Assembly: GCF_006345805.1 (NCBI RefSeq)
Contig: NC_042998.1
Location: forward strand, 16,306,001 to 16,370,000
DNA from: Octopus sinensis
Taxonomy: Eukaryota
Direction of reading: 5' to 3'
Length of the DNA stretch: 64,000 nucleotides
The notes beneath the pieces are model-generated. The model made no database searches. It worked only from the letters and a program-made list of their open reading frames with translations, and was not told the origin of the DNA. Made by a program: the position numbers and the translations under genes. Position 1 is the stretch's first letter, and each line of letters opens with the position of its first letter. Of the stretch, positions 14,201 through 27,412 are shown piece after piece.

Positions 14201-14419
14201 ACATAATATCGAGTTCCCTTTCTTTCTTTTGTTGTCTTACCATTTTTATCAATACACACACACACTGGCCGAAATAAGATTAAGATTAATGTAAAAAATA
14301 AATAACGCTGAAGCAAAGTAACACCAAATATATTGTGAATGTGTTTTTATTGGCTAAACTGGCAAAATGACCATTCCTAAATACAAATACATATATATAT
14401 ATATATATATTAATATTTA

Positions 14420-14625
14420 TATATACAGGGAGAATTCACAAAAAAAAAAAAATATCAAGAGAGATGGTGTAGAAAAGAAACATATGTATTAGTATAACGC
14501 TCGGGAATTGAAACAGTCTTTAACGTATCGAACCTACGCTCTTCCACAGAAAGGACCACAGAAAGAAACAAGTAGAGAAACAAGGAGAGAAAAAATGTGT
14601 GTAGTGGCTACCGATCTATCATGGC
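14420..14625 (-). mobile_element. Penelope-type pseudo-LTR fragment with variant hammerhead-like motif
   Basis: Minus strand CCTTT-CTGTGGAA-GAGC-GTAG-GTTC-GAT-ACGT-T-AAAG (14516-14556); homologous to segments at 21540-21660 and 29030-29190. Confidence 0.7.
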
Positions 14626-14631
14626 GACATG

Positions 14632-14669
<38 letters not shown>

Positions 14670-15358
14670 TGTGCGCCCGCGCGTGTATGTATGGAGGTAT
14701 ATTCTCTAAATACCATTTGCTGGTAACCGGAAAACATTTATTTAGGTCAAGTGAATAAATGTTTAACTTCAACATTCCATTCATAGTGACAGTTCCCGTT
14801 ACCGCTTTAATACATTTATTTGCAGTCAAATAGGCTGCTGGATTTCGAGTAAAAAAGAAACGTCGTTTCATTGTAAATTCAGTAGCAAACGATGTAGCAG
14901 AATCAATTCTTGTCTCACTTCAAAGAAAGCAAATCCACCGGCTTGATGTGAATGAACATCCAATAAAATTTCTAAACCAGAAACTTGAGAAAGAGATCAA
15001 TTCAAATTCTAAAGTCAAACATATTTTATCATGACAACAAAGTATAAGTATATATCGGATCAATGATGGACTGGCAAAGTCTAATCATAATAATACTGTG
15101 CGTGCAGGAACACATCAACAGAAGGCGAAGCATGACAGCTGATTTATTTGAATGTGCGGAAGAAAATTTCACTGTAATTGAAAAGTACTTTACGTTAGTT
15201 ATATAAAAATAAAAAAAAATTCTACAAGTTTTGTACATTAGCGTTCAAATGTACCATTGATTGTAGTGAGTAACAATGCCCAACGCCAACATATATTGAG
15301 TATTTCCACCTCACTTTTAGTACCTATAGAGGTGGTTCATAAATTTAACAAAATAATA

Positions 15359-15750
15359 GGCGCAGGAGTGGCTGTGTGGTAAGTAGCTTGTTTACCAACC
15401 ACATGGTTCCGGGTTCAGTCCCACTGCGCGGCACCCTGGGCAAGTGTCTTCTACTATAGCCTCGGACCGACCAAAGCCTTGTGAGTGGATTTGGTAGACG
15501 GAAACTGAAAGAAGCCCGTCGTATATATGTATATGTATGTCTGTGTTTTGTGTCTGTGTTTGTCCCCATAGCATTGCTTGACAACTGATGCTGGTGTGTT
15601 TATGTCCCCGTCACTTAGCGGTTCGGCAAAAGCCACCGATAGAATAAGTACTGGGCTTACAAAGAATAAGTCCCGGGGTCGAGTTGCTCGACTAAAGGTG
15701 GTGCTCCAGGATGGCCGCAGTCAAATGACTGAAACAAGAAAGAGAAAGAG
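15359..15750 (+). mobile_element. SINE family A, full length
   Basis: Head GGCGCAGGAGTGGCTGTGTGG, CORE-like CCCTGGGCAAGTGTC and the shared 3' tail. Confidence 0.92.
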
Positions 15751-16362
15751 AAATGATGATGATAACCAGTGATAGGAATAGGTCGTTTTTTAGTTAGAAT
15801 AATAAGATAAAGAGGTCAAAGTATTCATCCTTTTCTGGGACTTTAAGAATGTAGTTGTTGATGTGATAGATGTTATCTATATAGCGATGTGAAAAGCATT
15901 TACTCTTACAAAAGAGCAGCGAATAATTACTAAAAACTACACCCGAATGTTTTTTTTCATAGACTATTTTTTTCATCCCACTGAACATAGGCATTGTTTT
16001 GGTAATACCGATTACCAAAATTCAGATTATTAATCTTATTCGCTACTCACATCCAAAGATCATGTCTATCACAGCTTCGCTCACTTTGTATAAAATCATA
16101 GGAGTTCCGACTGAGAAATACCTGACCGGTTCTGAAGTATCTGAATGACTACCGGGCATCTTAATGCTTGCCGATGCTTTCATAAAGAAAGGTTTCTACG
16201 TTCTACATTTCAAATTTTATCCCAAATTCTAAATTTCATGGTATTTAAACAAGGTGATGACCTTTATAATAGCTTATTTTAGTTTTCATTTCAGTTATTT
16301 CATTACAGATATGCTGTCGTCAAAATCATACAAATACATATCGGTGTGATCCGAATCAATAT

Positions 16363-16740
16363 CATCATCATCATTGTTCGACCGTGGTCGAGACAATGGA
16401 ATTTACCATGCTACGCCAGACTTCACGGTCAATCATAGCATTACTGAGGTCCTGTTGCTGAATGCTTGTATCCCTGGAGATTACATCAGGGTAGGAGAGT
16501 GTGCGCCCTCTGGTGTTGCGAGTAGATGGCTTCCAGAGGAGAAGCGTAGAAATTGCCTCGTTTTCAGCTCTACAACAATGTCCAGCAAACTGGACTCTCC
16601 TACCGTTCACAAGAGATGACACAGGTGGTAGTTTCCCATATATTTGCATTTTGGTTGGATGACGCTTCCACAAGAGATGTTGAGCTCTGATAAGGAGGCG
16701 AGTGTAGGTTCCATCCAACCGCCTCTCAAGCTTCTTTGCT

Positions 16741-16742
<2 letters not shown>
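16363..16742 (-). mobile_element. RTE-like LINE, 5'-truncated 3' end with (GAT)n tail
   Basis: KKLERRLDGTYTRLL...RRVQFAGHCCR...AMIDREVWR; closely similar to 63221-63590. Confidence 0.88.
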
Positions 16743-16782
<40 letters not shown>

Positions 16783-17601
16783 CAACCGCCTCTCAAGAAT
16801 CAATATACTTGTGTCTCAGAGTTTATAACACAAACTGCTATGGGTGGTCATGATATAAAAATATCGGTTTACTAAGACCCGAATTTGCTCACGAAATGAA
16901 ATGATGTTGAGATGTAAGGCTACCACAAGTATTTTGAAAGCAGCTACTCAAACACGAAATAATGACAACAGTAATTTTGATATAGTTTTGCCTTTCGAAT
17001 TTTGGGAACATTATTCGCCCAATCAAAGAAGGAAAATGGCATATTAGAAGTAAGGTCTTATTAGAGAGCGAAGAGAAGCTGGATATGTTAGAGTATTTAA
17101 TACGTAAGAATACAAACAACATATATAATTATAACTTATTTACGTTATATTACACAATAACATAAAAGCAAAAGGCAGCAGTGAGTATAAAAGGAGAGGA
17201 AATATTTCATTACTGAAGGGAAAGTGAATATTAATTGCCTTCCATATTCAAAAAATGTGGATCAGCAAATATGGCATTACTAGGTTTGCGATAACATGCA
17301 GAGCATTTAGTGATGCGATTGATGTAATTTTCTTCAGTTGTACATGCGAAACAGATGGTAGAGAAATTGCTTATCATTGAATGCACTGATTAATACTAAT
17401 AGCAAACTGTAATCTAACATTAATATTACATTATATATTCGCATAAACCTATTATATTAACATAGTTACATTAGGTTAAATTAAAACTTCCTAAAGATAA
17501 CAATTGAATTCCAAGCAAAAGCATACATGGTCCTGCATACATACATTCATACATACGTACATAAACACACACACACACACACCACACACACACATATATA
17601 T

Positions 17602-17647
<46 letters not shown>

Positions 17648-17669
17648 AGACAGAGGGGGAGATAGATAG

Positions 17670-17805
<136 letters not shown>

Positions 17806-18275
17806 AACGCATGCACTTACACATATATAGATACATACTTCACGGTGTGTGTGTTTGTGCTTACCAATATTTTGATGCGAAATCGAGTGCTAAACAAACA
17901 TTTCGGGCCATACTACTAATCAAAAAACACACACTGATAGTATTTCATTTAAGTTTCATTATTAATGACTTAGATAATTAGTTAATTAAAGATTAAATTA
18001 ATTTATTAATTGACTAATTGGTTTGTCAAAGTCATTTGATAATCAAGTAATTAATAAACTTTCTAATTAATTAAATAATTATCGTTTTAATTCATAATAT
18101 ATTCTAAACAGAATATAACCAGTGCGTGTTTTTTTCTTGACAGCGGAATCCTTTTACTTTCTGAATTTGTGTGTATAACTGTATATATATATATATACAC
18201 ACATATATATATATATATATATACATGTAATTATATATAAATTAATCAAAATAAAAACATGATGCCAAGGATTCA

Positions 18276-18353
18276 GCGGTACATATGTTTCGGGCCTTTA
18301 TTAGACGGATTTATAACAATGCATAATGTATGTCTGTGGCCTTCTTCAGCCGC
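18276..18353 (-). ncRNA. Type I hammerhead ribozyme (stem II closing pair A.C)
   Basis: Minus strand GCGG-CTGAAGA-A-GGCC...GGCC-C-GAA-ACATATGT-A-CCGC; palindromic stem III, GTA cleavage triplet. Confidence 0.75.
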
Positions 18354-18393
18354 GCACAACAACTTCCACAAGGGCATGTATTACATCAAAAAT

Positions 18394-18430
<37 letters not shown>

Positions 18431-18448
18431 TATATATATATATATATA

Positions 18449-18486
<38 letters not shown>

Positions 18487-19115
18487 AATATACATGCGTG
18501 CACAGGCACTCACTACTTATGCGATTATTTCAATTAGTTAGCTAAGTGATGCTTTTCAATTTTTTTAATTTGCGACACATTTCTTCTTTTCAAAACAATA
18601 AGTCCAAATGACACAATGCAATGTCTGTTGTGCTTCAAATATTTTTATTATGTATGTTTTTAGTACGCGAAATTAATAAGGAGACGTTTTCACAATGGAA
18701 TTATCTTGTTACTTATATTATTTCTTCACTGAATATATGTATACTATTTCTTGAAATTAAATTTTTTTAATTCTACAGAGAAAAGATCGATTTAAAATAT
18801 ATTTTTGCATATAGGTTAGCTGAATTGGCGAAATTAATAATGCTGTTTCCATAATGTGATTGACAGCATAATATTGATTTTCAGCAAAATGTGAAGATAA
18901 TCCATTTACGTTCAAATTTAAAGAAGCAAAACAATCAACGAAGATGAAGCATTCGATGAAGAAAGCCCTGGTCCACATATCTCCAGTGACGTAGAAATGT
19001 TATGGACAAATTTTCGACAGGAAAATGAAAATTGGCAAATATTCCACCGTACCTGTTAAAGGCACAACTATATAACAAGAAAGACTACTGATGCTGATGT
19101 AAGAAAAAAATCTTG

Positions 19116-19163
<48 letters not shown>

Positions 19164-19809
19164 TGAGTATATATTGTCTGGGAGACTTTTCTTATAGTAG
19201 AGGAAATAGCTAAAATTTTTTGGCTGCTATTTCTAAGAGTGCTGTGTGTGGTAAAGTAAATTATTTTATTGAACCCTAATCATATAATGTAATATATCTA
19301 TATATATATAGTGAAGGTGGATGTTTGGGTTTGTATGTGTCTTACGTACGTGTATGTACATATATTTATACCTGCATGTGTATGTGAACCTATATGCATA
19401 CAAGCAGTTCTCTCCCCCACACTCTCTCTCTCTCTCTTTCTCACACACACACATATTTCAACACTAAATACAGATAAAAGATATCGTGGATATAAATATT
19501 AAACAACATGGTTTTAATGGGTATAATTTATTACATCATGAAACAACGTTTCTTCCGAAATATGATATGTATATTAAAGCAAACTCTATGCTGGCTTTGC
19601 AGTAGTTGTCGCAGTAGATTTACATGCGGTTTTAATAAGGATTATCTTCCTTCAGAGATTATAAATAATCCTCAACGCTGTCAAGCATAATAATTCTAAT
19701 GTTTGTAAATATAACCGAAAAAAAAAAAAAAACATTTTATATACACGCGCACACACAAATGCACATACATAGGGGCGCATAAAAACAAACGCACAAAGGC
19801 ATAAAAATG

Positions 19810-20077
19810 CATCGATGCCGTCAAAGCATTGCCTTTCAATCGGCCAGCAATGATGCTGCTATCGTCGTGTGGTGCGCAGACCTCGACGAGACTGAGGCGA
19901 TACGCATTCTGCAAGACACCGCCTTCTATTGCCCGCTTCCATGACACTCAGCGACATATTCTCAACAAATCGTTTTTTTCTAGAATTCACGATCATATTC
20001 ACAACTACCGTCTTCCCCACCTCATCTACAACTTCATTCTCCGTATCCCATGTGGTACATTTTGAATGGGTATATAT

Positions 20078-20108
<31 letters not shown>

Positions 20109-21660
20109 ATAACAATATAATAAATAAATAAAATGTATGAATATATACATACATATATGTACATACTTACATCTACATGTATATGTACAAGCATATACAT
20201 ATATATTATATATATATATATATATGAGTACAGGACACCACAAATAAACGTAGAACACGAGAAACGAAAACAAAATCAAAAAAGGAAACGGACTTTTTTT
20301 AATAACGAAAAAACAGAGTACAGGACAAACAATACAAGGAAAATTCCCCTTCATCAGCTGTCCCTGGTTCGGCTCAATGCGTGTTTCGTAGGTAAGGACA
20401 GAACACGGCCAGGCCGAAACAGTCCTTCCTGCAAAAGGAATTAAATAAAATTATTTTGCAGAGGGGTAAAACGAGTGACATATATATATATATATATATA
20501 TAATCTTCCCTAACTGACCCCGCCCTCTCCAAACGAGCCCTCAACCTACGAGACGTCTTGTTCAAGTTTCTTCCCTAACCCAACTTCCCAAATAGATTCG
20601 TTCCCCTGCTCGTGCCCATGCTGCCGCGCTGGTCATTACCTCTCCAACACTACCATCCTCACCGACATCCATCATTAACCTTATCATATTACTGACTCCT
20701 TCACCTGCACTTCTACCAACGTCATCTACTGCATAACCTGCTCTCTCTGCCCTTCTATACATCGATCAAACGGGACGCCACTTAGCTGACCGGTTCCAGG
20801 AACTCCTCCGAGACATCTGACTCCGCAATGACACCTGGTCTCGTGTCATTTCCGCTCTACCGGTCACACTTGCAACACCTCTCTGTGTTCGGATTGTCTT
20901 TGCACAGTGCCATCCGGACTCCCGTCTTCGCCCTGAACAAGGATTAATCTTCTCTCTTCGCTGCTTTGCGTCACATGGGCTCAACTCTCCTCCCCTCTAC
21001 ATCTAACCCACCTCCGCTCTCCTCTCTCCGACTCCTACTTCACTTCACTCCTACCCACTTTCTCTCTTCTGTTCCCTCCTAACCACCTACTCCCTTGTGC
21101 CTCTACCATGATCATCACCCATCCCTCGTAACCCCACCCTTTACACAATCAAAACCTACCTTCCCTATCCACCCCATCACTTAAACCCGCTCCCACATAC
21201 CCTCCTTTACCCCCACCCTCATCCTTACACACACCCACGCCTACATTCCCCACTCTCATCTTCCACACATTCCAAAACCACCACATCACATACTAGCACT
21301 GACCACTTGCCAGCATCCACAACATCATCCACACACCTACACATGAACACACGAGTACATCAAGGTCACCAGCACTCTTCCACATGCACATACGCGCTTT
21401 TATATACACATGCAAACGCACATTCGTTTTGGGATGACCCCTTACTTCATTATCACCCTTTCTTCCTAGTTCACTTGTGTAATCACTCTGTCCGTCATTC
21501 GCCCTCATATATCGCTAGCCACTACACATACTTTATGTTCTCTCCCTGTTTCCTTTCTGTGGAAGAAACGTTAAATACTTTTTCACTTCCCAAGCGTTAA
21601 ACAAATACATATGTGTGTTGCTTATACCATCTGTTTTCGTCTTTTGCTTTTTTGTGAATC
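19810..21660 (+). mobile_element. Fragmented Penelope-like element (RT N-terminal piece, GIY-YIG piece, C-rich 3' UTR, pseudo-LTR)
   Basis: AAIVVWCADLDETEAIRILQDTAFY (cf. GGAVVVWR.DLY..EA.RQL.D..FY) near 19850-19930; FTCTSTNVIYCITCSLCPSI-YIDQTGRHLADRFQE near 20700-20810; interrupted by (TA)n and another LTR-like piece. Confidence 0.8.
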
Positions 21661-21665
21661 CTCCC

Positions 21666-21697
<32 letters not shown>

Positions 21698-21735
21698 ATA
21701 TATGTATGTATAAAATATATATATTATATATATAT

Positions 21736-21891
<156 letters not shown>

Positions 21892-22129
21892 CATATCTAC
21901 ATTTATATGTATATACATAAATACATTTATATATATATATATATATATAAGTACTACTACTACTATATTTATCCTACACTATACACTTTCTGAGTCCAGA
22001 ACACTGGTATTGCTAGTTGGCATCATTAGGTTATAGGCGGCATAATATTATGGGAGTTTAATATGCATAATGAAAACATTTCTCGTAAACGAACTTAAAG
22101 GGTGCACACACACATTGATATATACAGAC

Positions 22130-22165
<36 letters not shown>

Positions 22166-23419
22166 TGAGAAATAGATATATACAGATATACAATACATAT
22201 ATATATGACTGTACGTATGTGCGTGCATTTTCTTTTTGTGTGTATATGCGTATGCGTAGCGCATATGTGTTCTTATCGATGTTCAAAAGTGAATGTGTTA
22301 ACGACATCGCTATATATCATTGACGTACTTGGAAATCAAAACAACTATCACACAATCTTGATAATTGTAATATAAAATTCGTGGGCATTTATCAACAACC
22401 GATATGTCTAGAAGAAATAGACTGTTATACATAATATTAACATTTGTGTCTAACACAAATGATATCAATATATTCGATTAGGATTTAAATATTCAGCCGG
22501 AAATTCTCAGTAATTTAATCCAGTCGGCACAGTCAAAGATCTCATAAATAAAAGCTTCTCATTCAAATTCAGTAGACGTTGGACGAGAACGAAATTTGAA
22601 CGAAAGTTACTGCTGTAAATTTTCTATCATTTGCAATGGCGGCATTGATTATGAAAGATAAACATTTTGGAAATTAATATACCGAAATGGCAAAAAGCAA
22701 AATGAAAAGAAAACTGCGTAAAAATGGAGAACTGAGACAGCTCTAATGTTTTATATCAGCTACTGTTGGTCACTTTGATGAATGGTGTCTACATCGAGAA
22801 GTGGGATGTAAAGATACTATAAAATATGTAGGTTAAAAACGTATGAGTAGAATATGTCACACTGCAACGAGAAGAAAATAAGAATCGGGAATATGAAAAT
22901 GGGTCAAAACATGGTTATAAAATAAAATAAAACACAACGTTAATATCACTTGTTAAATTCCCGATACAGTTTAATTCATGGTAAATAATTATCTACGAAA
23001 CAAATATATATGTATGTATGTATGTGTGTATGTGGCATTTGAATTAATAATATTGTTTTTACTGTTCTTGGAAATCATGAATAATTATTCATCAATACAG
23101 GTCTGTTGTGATGTTCTATAACACGTTTGACAGATGAATAACCAAATCGTGCTGGATTATTATTTATATAGCGGCGTTAATTATTGAACCTTCAGAACTA
23201 CGTCATAAATAACATTTCATGATGCCTTATGCCGCTTCCAATGATATATACGAAAAAAAAGTACAGAGACAATAAATAAGGAAAGGAGGAAACTATAAAA
23301 GATTTTATGAGATCAAGAAACTTACACGCACACATAAAAAAGAAGGATAGTATTTAATTAAAAAATGTGGAGATGAGTTTACGAAGGAATAAATTGCGAT
23401 AATCTTCTTTTTTTTTTTT

Positions 23420-23590
23420 TCCTTTTAGTTGTTTCAGTCATTAGACTGCGGCCATGCAGGTGCACCGCTTTTAAGGATTTTTAGTCGAATTTACTTGCAC
23501 CAGTACTTATTATTTTTAAAGCCTGTTACTTATTTATCTTACTCTTTTATTTCTGTTACTTGATTCATTTCCCTAACCGCTAAATTACGG
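23420..23590 (-). mobile_element. SINE family A, decayed 3' part
   Basis: GTTTCAGTCATTAGACTGCGGCCATGCAGGTGCACCGC is the reverse complement of the family tail. Confidence 0.8.
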
Positions 23591-23623
23591 GGGGGGGGGC
23601 AACAGTAGAATCAGCAAAAAATA

Positions 23624-25383
23624 ATGTATAACCTTAGGACATTAATCAACACATTCCGAGAAGGACTCACGGACAAGGAGTATGAATACATCACTAACTT
23701 CAAATGCAAATCGAGTTTGTTCTATGGTATCCCTAAAGTACACAAAAGCCAAATAATTAGAGAAACATGCAAAACATCTACCGATATACTCATCAAAATC
23801 CCTTCACCAAATGATCTTAAACTTAGACCGATAATAGCAGGGCCAGCATGTGAGACTCACCGCCTCAGCAATTTCTTAGACGCACTTCTTAAACCTTTCC
23901 TAAAACACATCAAAAGCTACGTAAGAGACGATATAGATATGCTCAACCACCTCCCTAAAACAGTCAATGAGAAAACCCTTCTAGTATCATTCGACGTAGT
24001 TAATCTTTATTCTAACATCCCTCACAACCTAGGAATAGAAGCGATCACCTTCTGGCTGAATAACTACTCCTTTGAACTCCCAACTCGCATAAACAAAGAC
24101 CTTATAATAAAAGGACTTAGATTTATTTTAGAAAACATTTACTTTATTTTTGACAATAATTTCTACAGACGAAGATCGGGAACAGCGATGGGCACGCGTA
24201 CTGCACCCTCTTTTGCCAACCTAGTGATGGGATACCTCAAGAAAATACTCTACCAGATAACACTCGAGAAATTTGGAAACACCTTCTCCACCTATATCCA
24301 GAACAACTGGAAAAGATACTCGATGACTGTTTCATCATCTGGGATAAAAGTATAGAGAAACTTGAGGAATTTAAAATACTATTAAATGGAATAAATGATA
24401 ATATACAATTCACGATGGATCATAACGAAGAAGAATTACCATTTTTAGACATCCTCATTAAGAAAATCGGCAACAAAATAGAGACAGATATCTACTATAA
24501 TCCGACAGACTCCAAACAGTACCTACCTTTTGATTCATGCCACCCACGACACACTAGAATAAATGTCCCTTTTTGTTTAGCTAGAAGGATTTGCACCATA
24601 ATATCAGACACAAACACCCGACACGCACGTCTCCAGGAACTTAGAACCACACTCACAAATAGAAACTATCCACAGCCCCTAATAGACAGTGCAATCCAAA
24701 GGGCACTTAAATTAAGTATAGAAGACCTGAGACAAACAAAACCAAAAACGAAAGAACAATTAAAAACCCTTCCCTACATCTCTACACACAACCCACTCAA
24801 CAATGAGGCCTTCAGCACCATACTACAAAGCACAGCCCTGCTAAAGGGACCCAAAGATGAACCGGATCCTCGAAACACACACCATCATTAAAAGTAACGG
24901 CAACCAAAATCCTTGAAAAGTATTTTAACCAAGCTAAACTGCACTCAACATCACCACAAAGCCAGCAGTTAGAAAATGTGGAAGGCCCAACTGCGGAATC
25001 TGTGTCATCTTGGTAGAAGGTTCAGAATTTATACTAGAACAAGGCCATCAGTTCACCATTAGAGCAAACTTCACCTGCGCATCAGAAACTTAATTTACGT
25101 CTTAACATGCGCAGGCTGCAATAGGCAGTATATAGGCCATACAAAAAATAGCTTACGTAACAGGATGGCGGTGCATAAATCACAAATTAGAAACCCTGAA
25201 TACCGGAAAATACCGGTCAGCGGACACATAGATAGATGTGCTGCAAATGTAAATCCGAAACTTACAACTTACCCACTTTATAAATTCAGTGACAGCGTAA
25301 CCTTCACGCAACACCAAAATAAAGAACTTTATTTCATCAAAAAATTTAGACCAAGTTTGAACACCCTGGGCCAGGAATATTAA
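23624..25383 (+). mobile_element. Penelope-like retroelement (Neptune-type): RT, Cys-rich linker and GIY-YIG endonuclease, frameshifted
   Basis: LRPIIAG, FDVVNLYSNIP, GTAMGT..AP..ANL, WKRY(L)DD broken by a 1-nt deletion near 24319, CGRPNCGIC linker, NLIYVLTCAGCNRQYIGHT. Confidence 0.93.
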
Positions 25384-25623
25384 AACAAAACATTGGTCCT
25401 CCGAAAAAGAAAAACGAAATTCTACCACAACCACTACGACTGCCCCAACTCGCACTACTACTACAACCACCGTGGTCACTGTTGCTACGGCCACAGTGAG
25501 AAAATTATAATAATGGAGGTGGGGCGAATTACAATTTCTCAGATCCTTAAACAGTCACTCACGCTGACAGTGATATGTCTTAGGGAAGGACAAATTTATA
25601 AACAGATCTCTTTCTCTGCGAGC

Positions 25624-25990
25624 AGATCTAATCCTGATTCGTCAAAAAATTGATGACATGTTACTTCAGTGGTCAAGCTATTGTCACCCTGCTTGGTCGG
25701 TTTCCTCACACGATACAGCTATGGGTCAGACCCGATTCTGATTCGTCAAAACATTGATGACGTCTTTCTTCCGTGGCCAAACTACTCGTTCTGCTGGACT
25801 AGCCACCTAACAGGATACAGTCATGGGTCAGATTTAATTTCGATTCGTCAAAAAAATGATGACGTGTATCTTCTGTGGCCAAACTGTCGTTCCGCTTGGT
25901 TGGTTTCCTAACAGGATACAGTTAGGAGTCTTTTCACTATATTCGTTCGGACTGGGTTTTGATTCGTTTGGAACTTTATGACGTCAGTGA
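25624..25990 (+). repeat. ~103-bp diverged tandem repeat (3 units plus a decayed fourth) downstream of the Penelope ORF
   Basis: GATTCGTCAAAA.ATTGATGAC recurs near 25636, 25740 and 25842. Confidence 0.85.
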
Positions 25991-26144
25991 ACAGTGCAAG
26001 TTACCACAGCTTAGCTGAGCTGATATAAATCCAACAATCACAAAATTACCAAATATGCGAGCAGACACCGACCAAAAAATTTACTGTTGCTCCCATTGGA
26101 ACACAAGGTAAAATCTAAAATGAACTCCTCGCCTTTTCAAGAAC

Positions 26145-26341
26145 ATGAATTTTTAGATTTGACTCTATTGAATGTATGTCACAATTATGAACTATTACAT
26201 CATACTCTTTAAACATATAGCATGGACTCTCTTTATTATATATGAATTTTTTATATTTGACTCTATTGAATATATGTCACAATTATGAACTATTACATCA
26301 TACTCTTTAAACATATAGTATGGACTCTCTTTATTATATAT
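26145..26341. repeat. 97-bp tandem duplication
   Basis: Unit starts ATGAATTTT at 26145 and 26242; near-identical copies. Confidence 0.9.
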
Positions 26342-26470
26342 AAAAAAAATTGTTTTGATAAGTTTCGTCATTTCAAGAACCGAAACATGTTAAATTAAAA
26401 TTTGTCTAATATAGCAGCATTTTCAAACTTCATTTTTTACAAATATATATATATATATATTAAAAAAAAA

Positions 26471-27412
26471 TTTTTTTTTTACATTCAGCTCAGAGCTGCG
26501 GCCATGCTGATGCACCACCATTTTGTGCTACACTGTTATTGTGAAGAACCTCGTCTGTTATGTGGCACTTGGTGAAGAATGGAGTTTGATACAGCTACTC
26601 TCATTTGCACCTCTTGCCGTGAGGTAGGTCCATCTGGGACTCTTGACAAGAAGATTCCAGTTTTGATTTAGAAAAACCGCTACATCTACTTTGTGCAAGT
26701 TCCTCAGACTCTTTGGGAGAATATTAAAAAGCTGTGGTCCCTTGAAACCCAGGCTGTTGCAGAAGCTGGTCCTGAAGCGTGATGGCATTGCTGGGATCTT
26801 TGGCACTATGCAGTGTCGTCCCGTTCTAGCATTGGGGTAGCTTGCAATGCCAAAATTTGGCACAATTCCTTCAAGGATCTTCCAGACATATATTACTGCA
26901 TACTTCTCCCGTCTTCTCTCCAGGGAGTAGAGTCTTAGCTGTTTCAGCCTTTCCCAGTAGCTGAGCTGTTGCAAAGAGACAATCTTCTTTGTGAATCTTC
27001 TCTGGATTGCTTCAAGGTCTGTTGTTAATTTTACACTGGTGGGTGACCATAGCTGTGAACAGTAATCCAGGCGACTGAGGACGAATGTCCGCCAGAGGAC
27101 CATCATGGTTTCCTTATCTCTGGTTCTGAATATTCTTAGAATCCACCCAGCCAGTCGTCTGCACTTTGTCGCCATCCTGGTAATGTGCACTTGGAAAGAG
27201 GTATCATCACTCATGTCGATACCCAGGTCCCTCACAGACTTAGGCTCTGGGATTGAAATTCCCTGTGGACCGGTGTATCCTGTAAGTTTAATATTCAGTT
27301 TTGGATGCTGGTAGCGCAGGGCCTGGAATTTCTCAGCATTAAACTGCATATTATTATCCTCAGCCCATCTGTAGATTGAACCCAACTCCTGCTGCAGGTG
27401 TGCAACATCGCT
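26471..27412 (-). mobile_element. CR1-like LINE, 5'-truncated (RT C-terminus plus 3' UTR and A-tail)
   Basis: WAEDNNMQFNAEKF, VRDLGIDM, LSRLDYCSQLWSP, RLYSLERRR; ends GGTGGTGCATCAGCATGGCCGCAGCTCTGAGCTGAATGT(A)n. Confidence 0.92.

Noticed and set aside
20393-20430. AAGGAC-AGAACAC-GGCC-A-GGCC-GAAACA-GTCCTT and the similar CTGAACAC-GGCC-GAAA near 4366
   Set aside because: Stem-plus-GAAA geometry is present, but there is no valid 3-8 pair and no stem III or cleavage triplet.
25624-25990. Regularly spaced repeats as a CRISPR-like array
   Set aside because: The spacers are homologous to one another, the context is eukaryotic, and there are no cas genes. It is a diverged tandem repeat.
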